Assembly: GCF_000008625.1 (NCBI RefSeq)
Contig: NC_000918.1
Span: 810,001 to 842,000, forward strand
Origin: Aquifex aeolicus VF5
GTDB lineage: Bacteria > Aquificota > Aquificia > Aquificales > Aquificaceae
Direction of reading: 5' to 3'
DNA: 32,000 bases
Shown: one piece after another, positions 17,458-27,091 of the stretch
Layout of the letters: each line of letters starts with the position of its first letter
How positions within the stretch are numbered: position 1 is the first letter of the stretch
Program-made: the position numbers and the translations under genes
The notes under the pieces: model-generated
The model's database searches: none
Told to the model about the DNA's origin: nothing
What the model saw: the letters and a program-made list of their open reading frames with translations, nothing else

Positions 17458-17793
17458 ATGGCTACAAAAGCTATACCAAAAGAACAGTGGGAAAAGTACT
17501 TTGATAACCTTTCTAAAAACCTGCCCGCTGTTGAAGTTCAGCTGGAAGTAGTAGACAAGGAAATTGGAGACCAGGTGGAAGTTGAGTACTCCCCCCTTTT
17601 GGGACTCTCTTACGATCCCAAAGATGACGTATTTGAGATTCAGTTCAGAGAAACCCACGATCACCTCATTTACCATCCCAAAGAAATATACGTAGAAGAA
17701 GAGGACGGGAAAATAACCACAATAGAAGTGGTGGACAAGGAAGGAACTCGCTACATCCTAAGAATAAAACCTGCAATTCCTTTACCCGAGTAA
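17458..17793 (+). CDS. DUF5335-like protein, 111 aa
   Basis: WEKYFDNLSKNLPAVEVQLEVVDKEIGDQ...PLLGLSYDPKDDVFEIQF...HLIYHPKEI pattern, recognised from memory as DUF5335-like. Confidence 0.7.
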   Translation: MATKAIPKEQWEKYFDNLSKNLPAVEVQLEVVDKEIGDQVEVEYSPLLGLSYDPKDDVFEIQFRETHDHLIYHPKEIYVEEEDGKITTIEVVDKEGTRYILRIKPAIPLPE

Positions 17794-18816
17794 TTCTTCG
17801 TACATCCTCTCCTCTGCCCCTTCTGCGAAAAATTTTTTAATATTTTCTGAATACCTTTCCAAGTTTTTAACAATTTCCTTTAAGGCGGATAAAACTTTAT
17901 CAGGTTTAGCTTCTTCCTGTCTTAAAACCAAACCTCCTCCCAGTTTTTCTATTTCTTTAGCGTTGTAAAATTGGTGGTCGTCAACCGCATAAGGGTATGG
18001 AACAAACACAGAAGGTACACCAAAGTGCGAAAGCTCGTTTATCGTGCCAGCTCCCGCCCGTGAAATCGCGACATCTGAAGCTGAATAAATTAGTCCCATA
18101 TCAAGAGAAAAGGGCATTACGCGAAATTTTTCCCCTTCCAGATTTTTAAACTTTTCGTAGTGAATTTTTCCGGTAAGGAGAATTACCTGAAATTCCTTCG
18201 GAAGAACACTCTTTAAATCTCTTGCGAGCTCGTTTAAAAAGAGTGCTCCCTGAGAACCACCGAATATGAGAACAGTTATTTTGTCAGGTTCTAAACCAAA
18301 TCTCTTCTTTACTTCTTTCTTCGGAAGTTTTTTCTTTAGTTCTTTTCTTATGGGTAGTCCCACCCTTACGCCTTCTGGGAAAAACCTTTTAGTGTAATTA
18401 AAAGTGATTAAAACTTTTTTTGCTTTTTTTGATAGGATTTTGTTAGTTTTACTCGGAATCGAGTTTTGCTCGTGAATAAAGAGCTCTTTCCTTCTCAAAA
18501 CTGTATTTATTCCTAAGGGAAGGGATGCGTATCCTCCGAAGATCAAAGCCCTGTAATCCTCTTTTAAAAATTCGTTTATCTCTTCCTGAGCTTTTAAGAA
18601 CTTCCAAATAGCCTTTAACTTTTGGTAAAAATTTCTTTCCCTTAATGGTTCTACATCAAGGAACAGCTTTTCTGTCTTTATTAAATCTTTTAACTCGTAT
18701 TCTATTCCCCTTTTACTCCCGATGAACTTCACTTTTTCCTTTTTTAAGACATAATTTGTAAAAGCTAGAGCGGGAAAAAAGTGTCCGCCCGTTCCTCCTC
18801 CTGATACAGCGATCAT
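17782..18816 (-). CDS. murG: UDP-N-acetylglucosamine-undecaprenyl-PP-MurNAc-pentapeptide GlcNAc transferase
   Basis: 344 aa, [65 protein letters not shown]. Confidence 0.96.
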   Translation of the reverse strand: MIAVSGGGTGGHFFPALAFTNYVLKKEKVKFIGSKRGIEYELKDLIKTEKLFLDVEPLRERNFYQKLKAIWKFLKAQEEINEFLKEDYRALIFGGYASLPLGINTVLRRKELFIHEQNSIPSKTNKILSKKAKKVLITFNYTKRFFPEGVRVGLPIRKELKKKLPKKEVKKRFGLEPDKITVLIFGGSQGALFLNELARDLKSVLPKEFQVILLTGKIHYEKFKNLEGEKFRVMPFSLDMGLIYSASDVAISRAGAGTINELSHFGVPSVFVPYPYAVDDHQFYNAKEIEKLGGGLVLRQEEAKPDKVLSALKEIVKNLERYSENIKKFFAEGAEERMYEELLG

Positions 18817-18840
18817 CTTGATATTTTAAACTTTTCTTTT

Positions 18841-20588
<1,748 letters not shown>

Positions 20589-20590
<2 letters not shown>

Positions 20591-20607
20591 GGGCTCAGCC
20601 CTCTTTT
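20589..20607 (+). terminator. Rho-independent terminator for ahcY (GAGGGCTCAGCCCTC-TTTT)
   Basis: Perfect inverted repeat GAGGG/CCCTC with a small central loop followed by TTTT. It overlaps the end of ahcY and the last codons of fliF. Confidence 0.65.
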
Positions 20608-22064
20608 AACCACTTTTTCAGTACCATAGCCACTTTTTCGGGTTCCTGCTTTGCGATTTCCAGCAATTCTTCGTAAGGTGTCTTCTTTCTGACTTCTTCT
20701 ACCGTTGGCGGTACTCCGGGAACAGCTGGAGCGGGCGTTGGAGCGGGAGGTCTTCTTCTTAGCAGTTTCACAAGTCCAAAAGCTACAAGTCCCAGTATAA
20801 CAAGGCTTACAAGTGCTACGGCTACGTAAACGTAGGTAGGAACTTTGGGCTTTTCCGCCACGACCGTGGGCTTTACAAAAGGAACGCTAACGATAGACAC
20901 CTGATCTCCACGTTTTGGATCTAATCCCGCGGAAGCTATTATTAAGTTCTTAAGTTCTTCCGTGTTTACCTTAACATCTTTGTCTATAACCAAACCTACG
21001 CTGATTCTCTTTACCTTTATCGTTTTGTCCTCAAAGTATATTTCCCTCTTACTCACCTCGTAATTGGTTATGCTCTCTTTTCTCTCGGTGATTAACTCCC
21101 CTCCTCCCTGTCTTCCCGTAGCGGGCGGGATGTTTGCTTGAGTTCCCGGAATACCCTGAGCCCTTGTGCTCGTGGTTCTTTCCTTCTTCTTCTGCTCACT
21201 CACAACTGCCGTGAGGTCAGGGTCGTAAAGCTCTTCCCTCTTCTTCATGGAAGAAAAGTCAAGCTCCGCAGAAACGTTTACCTTTACCTTTCCGTAGCCG
21301 AAAACCTCCTCTAGGGTTTTCTGGAGTTTCCTTTCTAAGCTCTTCTCAAATTCCCTTTTTACTTTTAATTGAGAGGCGTTAGTTTTAAATTCCTCGTCCA
21401 AATAGGCGGTCAAATCCCTCCCCTTGTCGTCTACCACTACCACCTGCGAAGGTTTTAAGTTCTCAACGCTCCCAGACACGAGATTTCTTATAGCCTTTAC
21501 CTGCTCGGGAGTGAGTTCACATCCCGGTTTTAACTTTAAAAAAACGGAGGCCTTTGCCTCCTCCTCTTCCCTTATAAATAAACTTTTTTCGGGAAGAACT
21601 ATATGAACCCTTGCAAACTCCACGCAGTCCAAGCTCATTATCGTCTTCGCAAGTTCTCCCTCTATAGCCCTTTTGAAGTTAACGAGTTGTTGAAAGCGGG
21701 AAAGAACTATGCCGCTTTTGTCAAAAAGCTCGTAACCTACTATACCTTTTCTTGGCACACCCTTGGCGGCAAGCTTTAGCCTTAGTTCCCTTGCCACGTT
21801 TTCCGGGACGTAAATCGTTCTTCCATCCGGAGAGATCTTGTACTTTACCCCTTCCTTGTCGAGTTCCGTCACTACAGCGTTCAGGTCATCCGGAGAAAGG
21901 CCTGTGTAGAGAACTGTGTAATTTTCCTGAGAGAGATAAATAAGGGCTACAGCTCCCAAGGATAAGAGCAAAAGAGGAATGCCTACCGCGAGTGCCTTCT
22001 GTACAGGTGTCAGGGCGTTAAATCTTTCCTTCAGAAGGTTTAAGTATTCCCTTAACTTGTCCAT
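20595..22064 (-). CDS. fliF: Flagellar MS-ring protein FliF
   Basis: 489 aa, two TM segments, NYTVLYTGLSPDDLNAVVTELDKEGVKYKI, VPENVARELRLKLAAKGVP, C-terminal EKVAMVLKKWL FliG-binding-type tail. Confidence 0.96.
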   Translation of the reverse strand: MDKLREYLNLLKERFNALTPVQKALAVGIPLLLLSLGAVALIYLSQENYTVLYTGLSPDDLNAVVTELDKEGVKYKISPDGRTIYVPENVARELRLKLAAKGVPRKGIVGYELFDKSGIVLSRFQQLVNFKRAIEGELAKTIMSLDCVEFARVHIVLPEKSLFIREEEEAKASVFLKLKPGCELTPEQVKAIRNLVSGSVENLKPSQVVVVDDKGRDLTAYLDEEFKTNASQLKVKREFEKSLERKLQKTLEEVFGYGKVKVNVSAELDFSSMKKREELYDPDLTAVVSEQKKKERTTSTRAQGIPGTQANIPPATGRQGGGELITERKESITNYEVSKREIYFEDKTIKVKRISVGLVIDKDVKVNTEELKNLIIASAGLDPKRGDQVSIVSVPFVKPTVVAEKPKVPTYVYVAVALVSLVILGLVAFGLVKLLRRRPPAPTPAPAVPGVPPTVEEVRKKTPYEELLEIAKQEPEKVAMVLKKWLKEG

Positions 22065-22065
22065 A

Positions 22066-22347
22066 CTAAACTTGCATCTTCATAAGTTCGTTGTAAGCTT
22101 CTAATAGTTTATTCCTTACCTCTATGAGAAGGTTCAGGGCTACCTTTGCCTTTTCCGCTTCTATAACTATCTCGTGAAGAGGAACGTCTCTTCCCTCCAA
22201 TACCGCCTCTTTTAGCTTCTTTGACTTTAACTGCTTTTCGTTCACCCACTCCACGAAATTTACGAAGTTCTCAACTATATCCTCTCCCTTCACGTTTTGT
22301 TGGACTTCAAATAATTTTGGTATAAAACCGAGTTTTCCTACTTCCAT
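22066..22347 (-). CDS. fliE: Flagellar hook-basal body complex protein FliE
   Basis: 93 aa, C-terminal VPLHEIVIEAEKAKVALNLLIEVRNKLLEAYNELMKMQV. Confidence 0.93.
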   Translation of the reverse strand: MEVGKLGFIPKLFEVQQNVKGEDIVENFVNFVEWVNEKQLKSKKLKEAVLEGRDVPLHEIVIEAEKAKVALNLLIEVRNKLLEAYNELMKMQV

Positions 22348-22742
22348 GCTTCAAAGGTCCTCTCAAAGATTTCCTTAGTTAATGAGAAGGCTTTTAAGTT
22401 AGCCTCATAACTCCTTACGGCGGTTATCATATCCACCATCTCTTTTACAGGTTCTATGTTGGGAAGTCTCACGTATCCCCTCTCGTCAGCGTTGGGATTT
22501 TCAGGATCGTAAATTAGCTTAAAACCGGGAACTTCTCTTATTTCCCTTACGTTTACGTAGACTTCCGAAGGGTCTTCAAGATTTTCAACTGCTTCAAATA
22601 CGGGAACTAGTCTGTTAAACGGTGTTCCGTCACTCTTGAAGGACTCGTAATTGGCGAGGTTAGAAGCGACGGTGTTCATCCTTATCCTCTGTGCATACAT
22701 CCCGGAGGCACTTATATCAAGCGCGTTGAAGATATCCATCAT
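22338..22742 (-). CDS. flgC: Flagellar basal-body rod protein FlgC
   Basis: 134 aa, FNALDISASGMYAQRIRMNTVASNLANYES, YVRLPNIEPVKEMVDMITAVRSYEANL. Confidence 0.96.
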   Translation of the reverse strand: MMDIFNALDISASGMYAQRIRMNTVASNLANYESFKSDGTPFNRLVPVFEAVENLEDPSEVYVNVREIREVPGFKLIYDPENPNADERGYVRLPNIEPVKEMVDMITAVRSYEANLKAFSLTKEIFERTFEAWK

Positions 22743-23113
22743 TCAGCCCTCCCTTTTATAACGCGATTTAATGTGTTTAAACTGCCCATTGCAAACTTTA
22801 GGTAGGTTTCGTAAGCAAGTTTGTTTTTTACTATCTCGGAAAGTTCTCTCTCTATACTCACGTTGTTCCTGTCGTTCCCTTGAAGTCCGTTTTTAAATAC
22901 TACGAGTCTTTCCTCAAATTTCCTGAAGTTTTTCACGTGCTTATTGTGTGTAGTCTTTAAGGGAATGGTAGGAGGTTCTAAGAAAAAGATTAAATCCCTC
23001 CTTTTGTAGTTGGGGGTATCCGCATTTGCGAGGTTTCCCAAGAGAACTTTGTGCCTCTTCCACGTGAAGTTTATGTACTTTTTGTAGAGATTTACACCCC
23101 TAAATAAGTCCAT
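22739..23113 (-). CDS. flgB: Flagellar basal-body rod protein FlgB
   Basis: 124 aa, RHKVLLGNLANADTPNYKRRDL, position before flgC. Confidence 0.93.
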   Translation of the reverse strand: MDLFRGVNLYKKYINFTWKRHKVLLGNLANADTPNYKRRDLIFFLEPPTIPLKTTHNKHVKNFRKFEERLVVFKNGLQGNDRNNVSIERELSEIVKNKLAYETYLKFAMGSLNTLNRVIKGRAE

Positions 23114-24901
23114 TTACCCACCACCCCATAAACTTAATATAGCCCTTCCCACCGTATCTTTAAAGCTTTTTGCCTCTTTCAAAACAAATTCTAAGGTTTC
23201 CCTGTCCTTTTGCCTTTCTGCGCAACTGCCCAGTTTAACGAGCGTGAGTTTGTAAAGCTCGTCCTTCGTTTTGTATTCCTTTAAAAATCTCTTGTACATA
23301 TCCTTTGCTTCACTGCACATTTCCTTTTCAAAGTAAATGTCCCCTGCAATCCTGTAAGCGTGCGGAAAGTATCCCCTCATAGGCTCATACTCCTCAGAGA
23401 GATAAAGAACCTCGTTTATGTAAGGACTCTTTGAGAGGTAGTAGTAGAGCAAGTAAGCTTCCAGTTTGTCTAATCCCTCAAGTTCGTGCATGGACTCCTT
23501 AAGTAGCCTCTGAGACACTTCCCTACTTCCTTTAACGAACCAGTACTTAGCCTCCAGAAACTTTCTTACAGGACTTTTGGGAAGGAGTTTTACCACTTTT
23601 ATGAACTCGTCATCCCCTTTGTAAAGTAATGCTCTCGCAAGGAGCTCCACAGACTCAGGATTTTTGAAGACACTTAAGAAGTTATACCTGTTCGTTTTGT
23701 ATAAAGAAACTATCAAGTCTGCATCCTTGTAATCTTTTAACTTCAGGAATTCCTCGTTTAAAAGTCTTATTTGCTCACCGTATGAAAATATCTCCTTGTT
23801 TAAGACAAATTCTCCTTCCTTGAACTTAAAAATTTTTAAAAAATCTCTTGCTTTTTCTATAGGATTTTGTTTATTTATTAGTCCGTCGTAGAGGGCAAAT
23901 AGGGCATAATTTCCTACTCTGCTATCTGAATTCAGCCACCCGAGCTGCAGGACAATGTCGTAATAAAACTTAAAATCCTTAAATCTCTTCAGGAATTCCT
24001 TATTTGTCCAGTAATTCAGGTAAATTATCTGGTATATCGGATTGTAGAAGAGTTCTTTTTTTATATCTTTGTATATCTCGTAAGCTCCTGAAAAGTCGTT
24101 AAAGGTGAGGTAAACCTTCGTCAAGTAGTAATTGGTCATCGTGGTGTAGAACCTGAACCTGTCCAGTTCCCGTGTCCTGATGAAGTACAGAAGACTCTTT
24201 CTTATCTCCCCATTTTTGAAGAGGGAAACACCCGCGTAGTAATTGAAGTGAACGTCAAACTTCAGAAAGGGATTGAGCGAAAAAGCCTTATTCAGGTAGT
24301 TTAAAGCCTTTTCGTAATGCCCGAAGTCCGTTTCGTAAATCCCTAAGGTCAGGTAGTACAGGTATTCGTACTCCTCGGGAATGTTTTTTAAGTTTTTAAT
24401 ATAGTTGTAGCCCGTGTAATCACCGTAGACCGCCGCAGTGAAGGAGTACTTAAGGAGGTATCTCGGATCTTTTTTAGAACCGTAAAGGCTTGAATACAGA
24501 TTCATAGCGTTCTCGTACCAGCCTATGAGAAAGTAACTGTCCCCCAAAAACTCCTGCTTTAGGTCAAAGAACCTCGGCTCTTTGTAGTAGAAGGTATATA
24601 GATTCAGGTATCCTATGGCGGAAAACACCCCTTCTTTACTCCCCACGTGGTAAGAGTACAGGGCGTATGTGAGCCCGTAGTACAGGTAAGAAAGCTCCCC
24701 ATACTCGCTTTCCGGTGCTACGCTCCTTGCTTTTGAAAAGTAAATAAGTGCGTCTACGTAATCGTTTACGGAAAGGGCTTTTAAACCTTCCTCGTAGTAA
24801 ATTTTTGCTATTTCTTCGTTACTTCTCGTTTGTGGATTAAAGGAGAATACTGATATTACTGTCAGAACGAGAAGAATTAATACCCTCTCCCATAAGTTCA
24901 T
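23114..24901 (-). CDS. TPR-repeat protein with N-terminal signal/anchor, flagellar operon
   Basis: 595 aa, MNLWERVLILLVLTVISVFS hydrophobic N-terminus, repeated TPR-like helices (YYEEGLKALSVNDYVDALIYFSKARSVAPESE; HYEKALNYLNKAFSLNP). Confidence 0.8.
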   Translation of the reverse strand: MNLWERVLILLVLTVISVFSFNPQTRSNEEIAKIYYEEGLKALSVNDYVDALIYFSKARSVAPESEYGELSYLYYGLTYALYSYHVGSKEGVFSAIGYLNLYTFYYKEPRFFDLKQEFLGDSYFLIGWYENAMNLYSSLYGSKKDPRYLLKYSFTAAVYGDYTGYNYIKNLKNIPEEYEYLYYLTLGIYETDFGHYEKALNYLNKAFSLNPFLKFDVHFNYYAGVSLFKNGEIRKSLLYFIRTRELDRFRFYTTMTNYYLTKVYLTFNDFSGAYEIYKDIKKELFYNPIYQIIYLNYWTNKEFLKRFKDFKFYYDIVLQLGWLNSDSRVGNYALFALYDGLINKQNPIEKARDFLKIFKFKEGEFVLNKEIFSYGEQIRLLNEEFLKLKDYKDADLIVSLYKTNRYNFLSVFKNPESVELLARALLYKGDDEFIKVVKLLPKSPVRKFLEAKYWFVKGSREVSQRLLKESMHELEGLDKLEAYLLYYYLSKSPYINEVLYLSEEYEPMRGYFPHAYRIAGDIYFEKEMCSEAKDMYKRFLKEYKTKDELYKLTLVKLGSCAERQKDRETLEFVLKEAKSFKDTVGRAILSLWGGG

Positions 24902-26057
24902 TTACTTTTATATTAACCCTTTCCTTCTCCCTGTTTCTGTATACTTCACTTCCGTTTACGTTAACACTCTCGAGCCTAAAACCGTAGGAACTAAGAATTT
25001 GCGAAACCTTCAAGGCATCGTAAGGAGTGAATATGAAGTTCTGGAGCATTTCGTTGAGATTAATCTTCAGATTTGCACTATCTCTTATAAAAGAAATTTG
25101 AATTCCGAGCCCTTCCAGTTTAACGTTTACATTTTTCCTTTCACTTCCTTCAAAAATTCTTATATCTTTTATGGAAAAAACCTTTTCACTTCCCTGAACT
25201 TTCGGAATGTCTTTCCCTTTCCACTCCTTTAATTCCACAACCACACCGGGAGAATGACTGAATTCCTTACTCTTTTTGGTTTTAGACGTTTCTCCTTTAG
25301 AGACTTCTTTAAAGATTTTTTCTTGAACCGCTTGAAGTTCGCTTAAATTGTTGAGTTTATTGGGTTGTTTTACGTGTGCTGTACCTTTTCCATCTTGAGG
25401 TAGGGATACTTCCTGAACATTCACTGTACTAATCTGTAATTTATCCTTTTTGGAAATTTCAAAGAATTTAAATTCTTTTACATTCCCCTCTTCGGTTGAA
25501 AAAAGCTTCAAGGGTTTATCTATTTTCTCTTTATTTCCCTCATTAAATTGTATTTCTTCAAAAGCTTCTAAAGCTTTTTTTAGATTTTGCAGGTTTTTCG
25601 TGAATAAAATGTTTAAATTTCCTTTTTCAGAATCAGAAGTAGTTTGAGTAGTAGTTCTAGTATTTTGTATATTGGTTTTCTTAATAAAATTTACCTCTCT
25701 ATTCTGGAAAATTTTCAGGAATTGATTTAGGAAAGTTAAAATTTCAGGCAAAGGATTATTAAGCCTTTTAAAGCTCTCCTTTTTAGCTCCTTCAATAAAA
25801 ACTTTGTTGTTGCTAAAGGTATCATTTAATTTCTCGTTAGACTCTAATATTTTTTCCAATTCAGGGACAAAATTTACGTTAAAGTTTTGTGCGAATTCCT
25901 TTGCATTTTTCCCTGCAAAAAGGTTGCCATCTTTAGCGTTGAATATTTCTTCAAATATTTGAAGGAATACTGCTAAGAAATCACCACTACTTTTTGTATT
26001 TATATTCGTACTCTGTCCAAAGGCATTGAGTAAGCTTTCAACCCTCAAACTCCCCAC
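24837..26057 (-). CDS. FliK-like flagellar hook-length control protein (divergent)
   Basis: 406 aa, low-complexity Lys/Asn/Glu-rich body and a C-terminal LEGLGIQISFIRDSANLKINLNEMLQNFIFTPYDALKVSQILSSYGFRLESVNVNG resembling the FliK C-terminal domain. Lies in the flagellar operon. Confidence 0.6.
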   Translation of the reverse strand: MGSLRVESLLNAFGQSTNINTKSSGDFLAVFLQIFEEIFNAKDGNLFAGKNAKEFAQNFNVNFVPELEKILESNEKLNDTFSNNKVFIEGAKKESFKRLNNPLPEILTFLNQFLKIFQNREVNFIKKTNIQNTRTTTQTTSDSEKGNLNILFTKNLQNLKKALEAFEEIQFNEGNKEKIDKPLKLFSTEEGNVKEFKFFEISKKDKLQISTVNVQEVSLPQDGKGTAHVKQPNKLNNLSELQAVQEKIFKEVSKGETSKTKKSKEFSHSPGVVVELKEWKGKDIPKVQGSEKVFSIKDIRIFEGSERKNVNVKLEGLGIQISFIRDSANLKINLNEMLQNFIFTPYDALKVSQILSSYGFRLESVNVNGSEVYRNREKERVNIKVNELMGEGINSSRSDSNISILL

Positions 26058-26071
26058 CTCTATTTAAGAAG

Positions 26072-26575
26072 TTATTCCTTACACCTCCTGAAGTCTATAC
26101 TTTCGAACCCCAGTCTGTCCGCAAAAAAGAGCTGTGTTCCCTCGTAAACTTCCCTTATTTCCTCGTCGTTCTCTGGATGCTGTATCCTTACTATCAAGTG
26201 TTTTTTTTCTTTTCCTTTGACTTCGACGTTGCATACCGGGAGCTTATTGCGCTTTGCGTCCATCATGACGAATTTCGGGAATATGCTCCTTTTCACAAAG
26301 AAGTAGTGTTTGTAAAGTTTCTTAGAATACGCGTAAAGCTTTAGGTCTATTTCGCTTCTTTCCTTCGTGTACTTGTACTTCGAGTAAATCTGATATATGG
26401 GATAACCCAAAGCGTTCAATTTGTCTATAACTTTCGAGTTTATTTGCCCCTTCTTTAAGGTTTCTTCCACCTTAAGAAGCTCTCTGTAAATATTAACTAA
26501 CTTGGCTTTATCTTCTTCATAACCGTTCGGAAGGACAAAACCGAATAAGACAAGTAACTGAGTTATCAACTTCAT
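26072..26575 (-). CDS. Hypothetical secreted protein, 167 aa, first gene of the flagellar operon
   Basis: Hydrophobic N-terminus MKLITQLLVLFGFVLPNG; ends 14 nt before the FliK-like start. No family recognised. Confidence 0.65.
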   Translation of the reverse strand: MKLITQLLVLFGFVLPNGYEEDKAKLVNIYRELLKVEETLKKGQINSKVIDKLNALGYPIYQIYSKYKYTKERSEIDLKLYAYSKKLYKHYFFVKRSIFPKFVMMDAKRNKLPVCNVEVKGKEKKHLIVRIQHPENDEEIREVYEGTQLFFADRLGFESIDFRRCKE

Positions 26576-26623
26576 ACTTTTTAAATATACAATTCACGTC
26601 AAGATAACGTAGTATAAAAAATT

Positions 26624-27091
26624 ATGACTTTCCTTTTCTTAATACTCGTATTTATCATAGAAATCCTTCAACTTTCCGTATTTCCCCCAATTTTTGGAAA
26701 CGCGTACATTGTACCTTCACTGGCTTTTCTCTTAGTTTTATTTTCTTCTTACAAAATAAAGGAAAAAGCCCTCTTGTTAGCTTTTCTGAGCGGTTTGTTC
26801 TACGACGCCGTGGTCAATTTCCTCGGTTTTATATCCCTACTTAATGTAGTATTTACTTACCTTTATCTGGTTTTGAATAACATACTCTTCGTAAAAAACC
26901 CAAAAGTTGAAGTATTTTTGATAATGCCTTTAATACTTTTACTCAGGAAGTTGACAATTTTTTTAGTTGTAAACACAAAGTTTCCCTTAAATATCGGCTT
27001 AAAAGATTTCGGTGTTGTTCTATTAATAGATCTCATATTTCTGATACTCCTCTACAAGGTGTTTAATAAATACGTATATGAAAAGGCGTAG
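26624..27091 (+). CDS. mreD: Rod shape-determining membrane protein MreD-like
   Basis: 155 aa, several TM segments, GLFYDAV motif, overlaps mrdA by 14 nt. Confidence 0.82.
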   Translation: MTFLFLILVFIIEILQLSVFPPIFGNAYIVPSLAFLLVLFSSYKIKEKALLLAFLSGLFYDAVVNFLGFISLLNVVFTYLYLVLNNILFVKNPKVEVFLIMPLILLLRKLTIFLVVNTKFPLNIGLKDFGVVLLIDLIFLILLYKVFNKYVYEKA

